Source: Halobacteriales archaeon QS_1_68_20 (GTDB lineage Archaea > Halobacteriota > Halobacteria > Halobacteriales > PXRE01). From it: DNA of 64,000 nucleotides. The notes under the pieces were generated by a model. That model did not search any database, had not been told where the DNA came from, and worked only from the letters and a program-made list of their open reading frames with translations. This document shows, one piece after another, positions 27,496-36,307 of the stretch. The stretch spans positions 132,669 to 196,668 of the forward strand of contig PXRE01000026.1 of the NCBI GenBank assembly GCA_003021085.1, in the 5' to 3' direction. Each line of letters opens with the position of its first letter. Within the stretch, counting starts at the first letter, position 1. The translations under genes were made by a program, and so were the position numbers.

Positions 27496-27881
27496 GATTT
27501 TACCTCTGTGCCATCCGCCTTCCGGCAACGCTCGCAGCCGGGGCTGCTCGGTGGTTGCAGCCGTCCGGTCGAGGAGAACTCCCTGTCATCTGTCGAGCGA
27601 TACCGCCAACGCCGGAGGCGTTATGGTATACCGATTTACTATCGGTGTTGATTTAAAATTTGCGGTGAGCGACACCTTGCAAGCAGTTGGCAAACGCCGT
27701 GGAACGACCGTGTAAACGGTTCGCAAGGGTCCCCGCCGTGGTATAAAGGGATACGGTCGCTACTGATCGTACTGTCACTCCCCGTCCGCCAGAACCGATA
27801 GACTCCAGCCTCGTCGACGGTAGTCGGTCGACGCCGAAAACATCGGTCGCCTCGAAACAGTCGACGACCGACGGCGGCCGT

Positions 27882-29741
27882 TCAGAGTCGATACCGGTTC
27901 TCGACGGTCCGGTCGGGTAGCGACAGCGTCAGCGTGACGACGTCGGCGTCGCCGGGAATCGTCACCGTCGGACCGGCAGACCGCTCGAAGGCGTCGACTG
28001 CAACCTGGTCTTCGCCCGCTTGCTCGCCCGCCTGCCAGGTGAGCGTCCCCGAGACCGAATCGCCGGTGTCGTTGACGACGGTGGTCTCGACTTCACCCGG
28101 TGACGGCGGGGCCGAGAGCGTCGCCTGGACGGGTTCGTAGGCGTCGGCCACGGCGTCGAAGGCGGTCTTCTCGGTCCCGTCGCTGGCGAGCACGCCCATG
28201 CCACCGCCGACGTCGGCGTCCCGGAGTGCGTACGTGGCCATCGCGTGACTCCCGCGGCGGCGCAGGGACTCCGCGACGGTCTTGACCACGTTCGCCTGGT
28301 AGGCCTGGGACGCCTCGACACCGTCGGTGACGTGTGCGTCGTGCTTCCGGCGGTCCAGGCCGGCGACGTCACCGTCCTCGTCGGTCGCTAGCGCGCCGGC
28401 CCCGAACTCGCTGACGACCTCCCCGAGCGACGGGTTGCGGTCGAGCAACCAGTCCACGTCTGCCGCCTTCCCGTAGTCCCACCCGGGGTAGAGGTGTGCC
28501 GCGTCGGGGTCGGTTCCGAGCGGCCCGGCGACCGGGAACACGACGGCGTCGTCGGGGAACGCCCCGGCGACGGACTCGTCGGGCGTGGCGTTGTAGTCCG
28601 AGCGCCAGACCCGCCAGCGGATGCGATACCGCGCGGTCCGGCCCGACCCGACCGGGTCTTCGAAAGCCGTCCGCGGGCCGTCGTGGACGCCGTACATGCC
28701 GACGCTCGGGTGCTGCCCGTAGCGCCGCTGGAGGATCGCGGCGAGGGTCTTCGCCCGGCCGACGTCGTAGCCGCCCGGGCCGGTCAGCGGGAGGTCCTGG
28801 AAGACCAGCAGGCCGGCCTCGTCGCAGGCGCTGTGGAACTCGTGAGATGGAACGTGCGCGTGTGCCCGCACGAAGTTCGCGTTGGCCTCGACGGCCCGGT
28901 CCACGTCGTCTTCCGGGTCTCCGCCCGGCAGGCGGTTGAACCCGCGCAACCGGATGCGCCGGCCGTTGACGAGGAAGCCGTCCTCGTCGCGTTCGACGGT
29001 GCGCAGCCCGGTCGAACGGGTCACCTCCTGGCCGCGGAACCGGACGCTGACCTCGTAGCGGTGCTGGGGGCCGTGGCCCCGCGGGTACCAGTAGCGCGGT
29101 TCGTCCAGCTCGATCGTGTGCTCGACCGTGGTGGTACCGCCCGCCGCTGCCGTGACGGGCGCCTGTTCCATCAGGCCGCTCCCCCGGAACCCGCCCGGGC
29201 GAAGCGAGAAGGTGACCGAGTCATCGATGGCCTCGGCGGCGTCGACCGTCGCCCGGATGTCGAAGCCGACGGGGTCGGTCAGGCGCGGCCGCACGTCCAC
29301 GTCGGTCACGGCGGCCGGTCCGATCCCCTCGACTTCGGCCCCCCAGTGGATGCCCGGCACGCTCGTCTCGGCGGGAACGGCGTCCGTCTCGAAGACGCCG
29401 CCGAACCGGTCGTCCGGGGACCGACACTCCACGACCAGTTCGTTGTCGGCTTCGGGTTCGAAGCGGAATCGGGCGGGCTCGAAGTAGGTGTCGTGGGTCC
29501 CCAGGAGGTCCCCGTTGAGCCAGATCCGGGCGCGAGCGTAGAGACCCTTCAGCGTCAGCAGCGCCCGCGGCTGGTCGCCGTCCCGGGGATCGGGGAATCG
29601 CGTCCGATAGGCGACGGTGTCGGCGCCGGCGAACCGGCCTGCCGGTCCCGGTACCTCGACGGCCGTCCACTCGTCGGCGGCGGGCGGGGACGCCCCCGTC
29701 GCCCCCTCGACCTCCGCCGCCGACCACTCGTCAAGCGTCAT
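27882..29741 (-). CDS. Glycoside hydrolase family 2-like protein
   Basis: 619 aa starting at the ATG at 29741. It has sugar-binding and Ig-like regions and TIM-barrel-like segments (LVNGRRIRLRGFNR, NFVRAHAHVPSHEFHSACDEAGLLVFQDLPL). The upstream 115 codons of the ORF are not protein-like. Confidence 0.8.
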   Translation of the reverse strand: MTLDEWSAAEVEGATGASPPAADEWTAVEVPGPAGRFAGADTVAYRTRFPDPRDGDQPRALLTLKGLYARARIWLNGDLLGTHDTYFEPARFRFEPEADNELVVECRSPDDRFGGVFETDAVPAETSVPGIHWGAEVEGIGPAAVTDVDVRPRLTDPVGFDIRATVDAAEAIDDSVTFSLRPGGFRGSGLMEQAPVTAAAGGTTTVEHTIELDEPRYWYPRGHGPQHRYEVSVRFRGQEVTRSTGLRTVERDEDGFLVNGRRIRLRGFNRLPGGDPEDDVDRAVEANANFVRAHAHVPSHEFHSACDEAGLLVFQDLPLTGPGGYDVGRAKTLAAILQRRYGQHPSVGMYGVHDGPRTAFEDPVGSGRTARYRIRWRVWRSDYNATPDESVAGAFPDDAVVFPVAGPLGTDPDAAHLYPGWDYGKAADVDWLLDRNPSLGEVVSEFGAGALATDEDGDVAGLDRRKHDAHVTDGVEASQAYQANVVKTVAESLRRRGSHAMATYALRDADVGGGMGVLASDGTEKTAFDAVADAYEPVQATLSAPPSPGEVETTVVNDTGDSVSGTLTWQAGEQAGEDQVAVDAFERSAGPTVTIPGDADVVTLTLSLPDRTVENRYRL

Positions 29742-29832
29742 CGCCCGAAACAGCGACCGGGACTGAAATAAGGCTTTACTATGCCGACGACGACCCAGAA
29801 CCCACTTCTGGGAGCCCCGCACACCGGGGATC

Positions 29833-30249
29833 ATGGAGGAGACGATTCGCTGTCGCGGCCACGAACACGTCAGTGCCGCCCACGAGAGCACCTGGGAGGT
29901 GACCACCGACGACTGGTTGACGCCGGCGGGCGACTGCATTCTGGGGATCGAGGCCGACCGCGCGCCCGCGGACTTCGACTCCGAATTCGTGGCGGCCTGC
30001 CAGGACGGCGATGCCACGATAACTGCGACCCTGGAAGTCGACGGGCACGAGGCGACCGTCGTCGGCCGGGGCGGCCCCGACCTCACCTTCGACAGCGACC
30101 GGAGCGCCGTCGCCCGGACGAGCGACTACGTGGACGACCGGACCGTGCTGGTCCGGGCCGACGCCGCGGCCGGTGACCTCGACCGCGCGCTGGCCGACGC
30201 GCTGGCCGACGGCGCCGACCTGACGGTGACGTTCACCGTCGAGCCATGA
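29833..30249 (+). CDS. DUF371 domain protein
   Basis: 138 aa. IRCRGHEHVSAAHESTWEVTTDDWLTPAGDCILGI is characteristic of the archaeal DUF371 family. Confidence 0.8.
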   Translation: MEETIRCRGHEHVSAAHESTWEVTTDDWLTPAGDCILGIEADRAPADFDSEFVAACQDGDATITATLEVDGHEATVVGRGGPDLTFDSDRSAVARTSDYVDDRTVLVRADAAAGDLDRALADALADGADLTVTFTVEP

Positions 30250-30372
30250 CCGCGCAAGCGCCACAGCGCGGGCCACGACGCACAGTACCGGCGGGTACGG
30301 CTCCGTCGGCCGGGACGCGTGGCAGTCGCGTAACAGAATAATTTAGTTTCGCGGGGTGCCTCGTGTGAGGAA

Positions 30373-31170
30373 ATGACGACGAGCGATCACCACAAGGCGG
30401 CGGCGCGTCACGCCTGGTCGACGGGTCGGTACCCGTCGCTGGCGCCGAACCTCTTGCCCGCGGTGGCGAGGCTCGTCAACGCCGCGGGGGTCGAACCGGA
30501 GGACGCGGTGCTGGACGTGGGGTGTGGGACGGGCAACGCCGCGCTGACCGCCCGGCGGACCGGCGCGGACGTGGTCGGCGTCGACCTGGCCAGGCGGATG
30601 CTCGAACTGGCGGGCGAGAACGTCGCGGTCGCCGGCGCGACCGACGTCGACCTGCTGGAGGGCGACGCGGAACACCTCCCGTTCCGGGACGGGGCCTTCG
30701 ACGTGACGGTGTCGAACTTCGGTCACGTCTTCGCCCCGGACGCGGAGGCGGCGGGGCGGGAACTCGTGAGGGTCGTCCGGTCTGGCGGCCGGGTCGCGTT
30801 CACCGCGTGGTCGCCGGACGGCCTCGTCGGCCGGTTGACCGAGGTGCTCACGGACCACGTCGACGCGGCGGTCGAGGACCCGTGGGCGCACCTCCGCTGG
30901 GGCGACCCATCGGCCGTGAGGTCGTGGTTGCCCGGGACCCGCGACGTCAGGTTCTCCCGGCGAATCGCCCAGTTCAGGTACGCGTCCCCAGCGCACTTCT
31001 GGCGGGAGTTCGCCGAGGAGTCCGGCCCGCTGGCCCCGGTGGTCGGTCGGCTGGAGGCCGTCGACGCCCGCCGGGCACTCCGGGACGACGCCGTCGCCAC
31101 CCTGGAGGAGTGGTTCGCGGACAACGCCATCAGCGTCGAGTACCTGCAGGTGCGCGCCGTGGTGGACTGA
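30373..31170 (+). CDS. Class I SAM-dependent methyltransferase
   Basis: Motif I VLDVGCGTGNAALTA and FDVTVSNFGHVF. A TATA-like aataatttag lies about 30 nt upstream. Confidence 0.9.
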   Translation: MTTSDHHKAAARHAWSTGRYPSLAPNLLPAVARLVNAAGVEPEDAVLDVGCGTGNAALTARRTGADVVGVDLARRMLELAGENVAVAGATDVDLLEGDAEHLPFRDGAFDVTVSNFGHVFAPDAEAAGRELVRVVRSGGRVAFTAWSPDGLVGRLTEVLTDHVDAAVEDPWAHLRWGDPSAVRSWLPGTRDVRFSRRIAQFRYASPAHFWREFAEESGPLAPVVGRLEAVDARRALRDDAVATLEEWFADNAISVEYLQVRAVVD

Positions 31171-31189
31171 GCGGCTCTGCACAATGAAT

Positions 31190-31445
31190 TCGGTGAGGGG
31201 TGTGGATGCGAGCGGCGGGGCGGGACCGAAAGGGGCCGCGGGCTCGACGACGCCCGGCGACGTTCCCGCGAACGACCGTGAGCGGGAGCCAGCGAGAGCG
31301 TCGCTCTCGCGCGGGAAGCACCGCAGGCCACAGGCCGAGGAGCGCAGCGAGACGCGCGAGTCGAGCGTGCGGGGGCTTTCTGCGTGTTGGCGTCCAAACT
31401 ACCGCCGACAGAGAGCCCGCGGGGGCTTTCGAGGCGTTTCGGACG
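31190..31445 (+). repeat. Composite interspersed repeat, copy 2 (palindrome plus two 50-bp tandem units)
   Basis: Same blocks and orientation as 7050-7295: gaggggtgtggatgcg (31195-31210), gagccagcgagagcgtcgctctcgcg (31286-31311, palindrome 31292-31310), and gcagcgagacgcgcgagtcgagcgtgcgggggctttctgcgtgttg (31344-31389). The gcgggggctttc unit occurs again at 31419. Confidence 0.85.
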
Positions 31446-31480
31446 AACGATTCAAGCCCCCGGGGACTGAAACGCCACGT

Positions 31481-31711
31481 ATGTCCGAGGACGGCCGCCG
31501 CCTGAGCACGCTGGGCCTGGCAAGCCTGCTCGCGCTGTGCTGTGTGAGCATCACGGCCCTGATCGGTGGCGCGACGGCGGTCGGCGGTGCGGCCGGTGCC
31601 ACCGCGGTCGCCACGGGCGCCAGCGGGGCACGCGCGCTCGTGATCACCCTCGGCGTCACTGGGGTCACGTTGGCGCCCATCTACGCCGTCTGGCGCTGGC
31701 GCGGGAACTGA
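31481..31711 (+). CDS. Small membrane protein with CC motif
   Basis: 76 aa: MSEDGRRLSTLGLASLLALCCVSITALIGG...LAPIYAVWRWRGN. Two predicted helices and an ATG start. The upstream part of the 175-aa ORF lies in repeat DNA. Confidence 0.55.
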   Translation: MSEDGRRLSTLGLASLLALCCVSITALIGGATAVGGAAGATAVATGASGARALVITLGVTGVTLAPIYAVWRWRGN

Positions 31712-31759
31712 ACGGCCGACTCCGCCGCAGTTTTTACGGTCCGGACCCTGCCAACGCGC

Positions 31760-32641
31760 ATGAGCGACGACGACGCGGCGGGCTACCCCGACGAGGACGA
31801 CCCGACGGCCGCCGCGAACGCGGACGCCGAACCGGACGTGAACATCAGCGGCGGGAATCCGGATGGCTGGACGGCCGCCGACTTCGCGGCCGGCGAACCG
31901 GCCACCCGCGCGGAGGCGGTCGTCGACCGCCTGGGCGAACTGTACTGGCAGAAGACCTACGGCGGCCAGGACGCCTTCGAATGCCTCGTTCGGACGGTCC
32001 TGAGCCAGAACACCAGCGACAAGGCCAGCCAGCCGGCCCACGACGCGCTGATGGACCGCTACGGCCCTGAGGCCCCCGAGGCGGCGACGGAGGACCTCGC
32101 GGAGACCCTCGCCGGGGCCGACCGCGCGGAACTGGCCGACCTGATCCGGCCGGCGGGCCTGTACAACCAGAAGTCCGAGACCATCCAGCGACTCGCCGAG
32201 CGCGTCCTCGCGGAGTACGGCGGCGCGGACGCCTTCGACGAGTTCGTCGAGCGCGAGGACCCAGCAACCGTCCGGGGGGTCCTCCTGGAGATGAACGGCG
32301 TCGGTCCGAAGACCGCCGATTGCGTGCTACTGTTCTCGGGCGGCCGCGGCGGGGTCTTCCCGGTGGACACGCACGTCCACCGCATCTATCGACGGCTTGG
32401 GATCGCGCCCCTTGACGCCGACCACGAGGCGGTTCGCGCGGTGCTGGAGCGAGACGTCCCGGCCGAGAAGTGCGGATTTGGGCATACTGCGACGATTCAA
32501 TTCGGGCGGGAGTATTGCACTGCCCGAAAGCCTGCCTGTCTTGAAGGGCCAGAAGCATGCCCCCTCTACGACCTTTGCGACCGAATTGGGGTATCTCCTG
32601 AGACGGGGGACGTCGTTGACCCTGCCGAAACCGTTGATTGA
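31760..32641 (+). CDS. nth: Endonuclease III-like DNA glycosylase (HhH-GPD, Fe-S cluster)
   Basis: LVRTVLSQNTSDKAS, the HhH element MNGVGPKTADCVLLF, VFPVDTHVHRI and a C-terminal Cys cluster CTARKPACLEGPEACPLYDLC. It has an acidic N-terminal extension. Confidence 0.88.
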   Translation: MSDDDAAGYPDEDDPTAAANADAEPDVNISGGNPDGWTAADFAAGEPATRAEAVVDRLGELYWQKTYGGQDAFECLVRTVLSQNTSDKASQPAHDALMDRYGPEAPEAATEDLAETLAGADRAELADLIRPAGLYNQKSETIQRLAERVLAEYGGADAFDEFVEREDPATVRGVLLEMNGVGPKTADCVLLFSGGRGGVFPVDTHVHRIYRRLGIAPLDADHEAVRAVLERDVPAEKCGFGHTATIQFGREYCTARKPACLEGPEACPLYDLCDRIGVSPETGDVVDPAETVD

Positions 32642-32799
32642 GAGCTTCTATTCATATCAAGACGAACCAGATCTGCCTGCCATTCCCCTCCCTCCTCGTG
32701 GGCGTCCACCACTGCGATTCCCTCCTTTTCTGCTCCATTCACGAGGCGGAACACTCGAACACTGTACCTCTGTTCATAGTTTCCAGGGAAATACTCCAT
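32566..32799 (-). CDS. Hypothetical small ORF in low-G+C island, possibly a gene fragment
   Basis: 77-aa ORF (MEYFPGNYEQRYSVRVFRLVNGAEKEGIAVVDAHEEGGEWQ...). Its frame stays open ~40 codons upstream without a start codon. Its 3' end overlaps the nth gene. Confidence 0.3.
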   Translation of the reverse strand: MEYFPGNYEQRYSVRVFRLVNGAEKEGIAVVDAHEEGGEWQADLVRLDMNRSSQSTVSAGSTTSPVSGDTPIRSQRS

Positions 32800-32828
32800 C
32801 TTGTCGGTCGGATGTATACCTTTGAGAG

Positions 32829-33002
32829 TCAGATCTGCCCCTCTCGGCCGAACACACTCCTCTCTCGTATCCTCAAACCCTCTGACGGCCCCTCGCTCCC
32901 GCTTCGTAGTCCCTCGGGAATGTCATCTTCACTCATGTTCATGGAATGCACAAAGAGGGAGTATAGTTGCTTCCCATTCGTCGAGCGCATACCTCCCTCC
33001 AT
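32829..33002 (-). CDS. Hypothetical 57-aa ORF in low-G+C island, doubtful
   Basis: My manual translation is MEGGMRSTNGKQLYSLFVHSMNMSEDDIPEGLRSGSEGPSEGLRIRERSVFGREGQI. A neighbouring frame also carries protein-like pieces interrupted by stops, which suggests decay. Confidence 0.2.
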   Translation of the reverse strand: MEGGMRSTNGKQLYSLFVHSMNMSEDDIPEGLRSGSEGPSEGLRIRERSVFGREGQI

Positions 33003-33025
33003 CAAAATTAAGTTACGGAGGAGGA

Positions 33026-33232
33026 TTACGGAGGGTCCACAGGGGGTGAGTATTGACCAAAGCCATGAGAGACGTCCTCCTCCTCGATGATGTTCTCCAT
33101 CTTGGTAACGATAGCATCAATTCGGTCATTCTCCCGTATATTGGTCTGCTCCCCTTCATCGTCAGCCGCTTCGTAGGTGTCAGCCAGTTCGTCGTAGGCG
33201 GCTTCCGCTATCGGGTTCTTCTCCGACGTCAT
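33026..33232 (-). CDS. Small acidic hypothetical protein
   Basis: 68 aa with an ATG start: MTSEKNPIAEAAYDELADTYEAADDEGEQTNIRENDRIDAIVTKMENIIEEEDV. Lower G+C than the backbone. Confidence 0.4.
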   Translation of the reverse strand: MTSEKNPIAEAAYDELADTYEAADDEGEQTNIRENDRIDAIVTKMENIIEEEDVSHGFGQYSPPVDPP

Positions 33233-33370
33233 GCGGTGGCGTTCTCCGGTCGTCGATAAGAGGTGTGGGCCTTCACCGACACTGCCGACCGTGGAGTTCT
33301 CCGCGGCCGTCGACCACGCGTATGTGGGCGGAAAACTAGCCGTCAGTGCCAGCCGCCGGACGACTGGGAG

Positions 33371-33571
33371 TTACCTCGCGTGCACGTCGGCGGCGTTTCC
33401 GGGTCGGTCGTCGTTCGCGGGGTTGGCGCTCCCGTCGAGGTTCGGGTTCATCAGGTAGGCGTTCTCCGACCCGGTCTGGGGGTCGTCGTCGTAGTGCGGA
33501 CCGCTGGGGCCGGCGACCTGGTTGCACGCCGGGTTGTGCGCCGTCGCACTGCCGACGAACGCCAGCGCCAC
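33371..33571 (-). CDS. Small putative secreted peptide, start uncertain
   Basis: 66-aa ORF. The open frame upstream encodes ...TRRSRLVVYAVVASLVALAFVGSATA, which looks like a signal peptide, but no ATG/GTG/TTG precedes the GTG at 33571. Confidence 0.3.
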   Translation of the reverse strand: MALAFVGSATAHNPACNQVAGPSGPHYDDDPQTGSENAYLMNPNLDGSANPANDDRPGNAADVHAR

Positions 33572-33762
33572 CAGCGACGCGACGACCGCGTAGACGACGA
33601 GTCGGGACCGTCGGGTGGCGAGCGTCCGTCCGGTTGACCTCGATCGCGTTGCGAGCGGTCCTAACGCCGGATTTCGCTTTGTTCGTCGCAGGTTATCTCG
33701 TCAAAGCAGTTTCTAACGAGGGACGCGAACAAACGCCCGACTGCGCCGGCCTGATGCTCGGA

Positions 33763-33978
33763 TCACAGGGTCAACAGCGCGACGGCGAGCACGGCGAACC
33801 CGACGCCGGCGGCGTCCCGGAGCGACAGCGTCTCCCCGAAGACGGCGACGCCGGTCAGGTAGGAGACGATCATGGCGACCTCAGGGGGGATGGTCCTGGT
33901 CGCGACGTTGGCGAGTGCGGCCCAGAGGCCCCGGGCGAGCATGACGACCAGCCCCGGTTGCACGGCTGTCGGTGACAT
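33763..33978 (-). CDS. Two-helix membrane protein resembling the C-terminal end of a DMT/EamA or SMR transporter, possible fragment
   Basis: 71 aa from the ATG at 33978: ...IPPEVAMIVSYLTGVAVFGETLSLRDAAGVGFAVLAVALLTL, typical of the last helices of EamA/SMR proteins. Confidence 0.45.
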   Translation of the reverse strand: MSPTAVQPGLVVMLARGLWAALANVATRTIPPEVAMIVSYLTGVAVFGETLSLRDAAGVGFAVLAVALLTL

Positions 33979-34015
33979 ACCCGTGACGAAGCGGAGGCCG
34001 GTCCTGAACGTTTCG

Positions 34016-34549
34016 TCAGTGCGCGGGCGATTCGGCGGGCGCTTCCATGCCCGTGATTCGGAGGACGAGACTGTTGGAGGTGTCGTCGACGCCGTCGACC
34101 TCACCGCGGACGACCAGTTTCGAGAGGGGCGTGGGCCCGACCGCGACTTCGTCGCCCTCCTCGAAGTCCGAAACCGATCCCTGGACGTACACCTCGGCGC
34201 GGCAGAGTTCCGGGTGGTGGACGCTAGAGAGGTTGATCTGTTCGACGTTCAGGCCGGGCAGTTGCTCGCCGTCCCGGCTGATCCGGACCTCGGCGGGTTC
34301 GTCCATCCGCTGGACGTCCAGCGCTTCGTAGGCTCCGGCGGTCGGCTTGTACCCGCCCTTGGGGCCGGGGACGCCTTCGACGAGCTGGAGGGCCTTCAGA
34401 CTCTGCATCTGGTTCCGGATGGTCCCGGGGTTGCGGTCGACCTCCTCCGCGATGTCCTCGCCTTTGATGGGTTCGTCGGTCTGGCGGTGGAGGTTTACCA
34501 GGGCGGTGAGGATAGTTTGCTGGCTGGACGTCAGTTCAATGGATGACAT
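34016..34549 (-). CDS. Winged-helix transcriptional regulator with C-terminal beta-rich domain
   Basis: The N-terminus SSQQTILTALVNLHRQTDEPIKGEDIAEEVDRNPGTIRNQMQSLKALQLVEGVPGPKGGYKPT is an HTH/wHTH pattern conserved in haloarchaeal regulators. Confidence 0.8.
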   Translation of the reverse strand: MSSIELTSSQQTILTALVNLHRQTDEPIKGEDIAEEVDRNPGTIRNQMQSLKALQLVEGVPGPKGGYKPTAGAYEALDVQRMDEPAEVRISRDGEQLPGLNVEQINLSSVHHPELCRAEVYVQGSVSDFEEGDEVAVGPTPLSKLVVRGEVDGVDDTSNSLVLRITGMEAPAESPAH

Positions 34550-34668
34550 ATTGGTCGAACGTTCGGTGCATATTTCCTTAAATGCGGCGGATGCCCACGC
34601 CAGGGTTTGGTTTCCCAGGAGGGGAGACCGGCACCGATTTCAGTCGGCCGCCCCTCGATTCGAACAGC

Positions 34669-35592
34669 ATGCAGGACAAGCGTGTGCTCGTTACCGGGGG
34701 TGCGGGGTTCGTCGGGTCGAACCTCGCCAACTACCTGGCCGCCGCCAACGACGTCGTCGCGGTCGACGACCTGTATCTCGGGACGCCGGAGAACCTCTCC
34801 GGGGACGTGGAGTTCGTCGAGGCGTCCGTACTGGACGACGACCTCCCGACCGACGTCGACGTCGTGTTCCACATCGCGGCGTTGTCCTCGTACATGATGC
34901 ACGAGGACGACCCCACCCGCGGGGCGCGGGTCAACGTCGAGGGGTTCGTCAACACCGTCGACCAGGCCCGCCAGGACGGGTGTGAGACCGTCGTCTACGC
35001 CTCTACTTCGTCCATCTACGGCGACCGGACCGAACCCTCGCCGGAGTCGATGGCCGCGGAGGCCAACACCGGCTACGAGGCGTCGAAACTCGCCCGCGAA
35101 CGCTACGCCGAGTACTTCCACAACCACTACGACCTGTCGATGGCCGGGATGCGTTTCTTCTCGGTCTACCAGGGGATGGAGGCGGGCGCCGAAGCGCACA
35201 AGGGCGAGTACGCGAACCTCATCGCGCAGTTCGCCGACGACGTCGCCAACGGGCGCCGTCCCGAGATCTGGGGCGACGGCTCCCACAGGCGGGACTTCAC
35301 CCACGTCGACGACGTGGTCCGCGGACTCGAACTCGCGGCAGACCACGAACTGAACGGCATCTACAACCTCGGGACCGGCGAACAGTACACCATCAACCAC
35401 CTCGTCGAGCGACTTAACGACATCCTCGGGACCGACGTCGAACCGGTGTACGAGGGCAACCCCATCCCGGAGGACGTGTTCGTCCACGCGACGATGGCTG
35501 ATCCCTCGAAGATGAAGGAGGCCACCGGCTGGGAGCCCCAAATCGACTTCGAGGAAGGTCTCCGGCGGGTCTGCGAACCGTACCTCGACTGA
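34669..35592 (+). CDS. NAD-dependent epimerase/dehydratase (second copy in window)
   Basis: VLVTGGAGFVGSNLANYL, YxxxK (TGYEASK). The ATG at 34669 is preferred over the upstream ORF start. Confidence 0.9.
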   Translation: MQDKRVLVTGGAGFVGSNLANYLAAANDVVAVDDLYLGTPENLSGDVEFVEASVLDDDLPTDVDVVFHIAALSSYMMHEDDPTRGARVNVEGFVNTVDQARQDGCETVVYASTSSIYGDRTEPSPESMAAEANTGYEASKLARERYAEYFHNHYDLSMAGMRFFSVYQGMEAGAEAHKGEYANLIAQFADDVANGRRPEIWGDGSHRRDFTHVDDVVRGLELAADHELNGIYNLGTGEQYTINHLVERLNDILGTDVEPVYEGNPIPEDVFVHATMADPSKMKEATGWEPQIDFEEGLRRVCEPYLD

Positions 35593-35595
35593 GTC

Positions 35596-36117
35596 CTAGC
35601 CGGGGCCGTCGACCTCCAGTTCGACCTCGCGGCGCTCGCCTTCGAGGTCCGCGACCACGCGCTCGACGACCCTGCGGGCCTCGCGCTCGGCCAGCGGCGA
35701 CACCTTCTCGATTACCCAGTCCATCGAGACGAGGACCGGCAGGTCCAGCGAGGCGTCCCGCGCGGAGTCCGGGTCGTACTCGACGTGGAACGTGATGCGA
35801 CTGGCGTGGTCCTCGTCGGGCGGGCACTCCTCGGGCGCGGGCTCGACGATCCAGCTCCCCTCCGCGTCCAGCCCCCCTTCCAGCGTCCAGTCGATCCGTT
35901 CGGGCGGGTCGAGGTCGATCACCCGCGACCGCGCCGTGTACGAGAGCTTCCACCACCCCAGCACGAGGTCGTACCGCGTCCCGACGCCGCCGTCGCCGTC
36001 CTGGCGGACGGTCTCCAGATACGCGGAGTACTCGGCGTACCCGGGGAAGTCCCGAAGGAAGTCGTAGGCCTCCTTCGGGGGAATGTAGACGACCGTGCTG
36101 ACGTCGAGTTCTTCCAC
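35596..36117 (-). CDS. SRPBCC (polyketide cyclase/dehydrase-like) family protein
   Basis: 173 aa with the usual N-terminus (STVVYIPPKEAYDFLRDFPGYAEYS) and a pattern consistent with a beta-grip fold. Confidence 0.8.
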   Translation of the reverse strand: MEELDVSTVVYIPPKEAYDFLRDFPGYAEYSAYLETVRQDGDGGVGTRYDLVLGWWKLSYTARSRVIDLDPPERIDWTLEGGLDAEGSWIVEPAPEECPPDEDHASRITFHVEYDPDSARDASLDLPVLVSMDWVIEKVSPLAEREARRVVERVVADLEGERREVELEVDGPG

Positions 36118-36307
36118 ACCGCCAACTCGCGCGCGGCGGACAAGAAGGTTCGGGGGAGGAGGCGACCGTTACCTCGGAGTCGACCGTCCGCACGTGAGAG
36201 GCACTGCCGCCGCGAGAAAGCCGTCCCTGCTCCGACTCCCCGGGATATCCGTTCCGAAACGCATTTGGTACGCTCACCTGATTGCACGGTAAGACGTGGT
36301 TACGACG

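Noticed and set aside
27529-27881. Possible small gene or ncRNA in the 350-nt spacer (TATA-like ggtataaaggg and gatttaaaat)
   Set aside because: Only very short ORFs of 21-30 codons with poor composition are present, and no convincing structure. The AT-rich boxes may simply be promoters or a 5' UTR of the coiled-coil gene.
29742-30086. 115-codon N-terminal extension of the GH2-like ORF
   Set aside because: It is Ser/Arg/Pro-rich, overlaps the divergent DUF371 gene, and an ATG with a sensible N-terminus follows at 29741.
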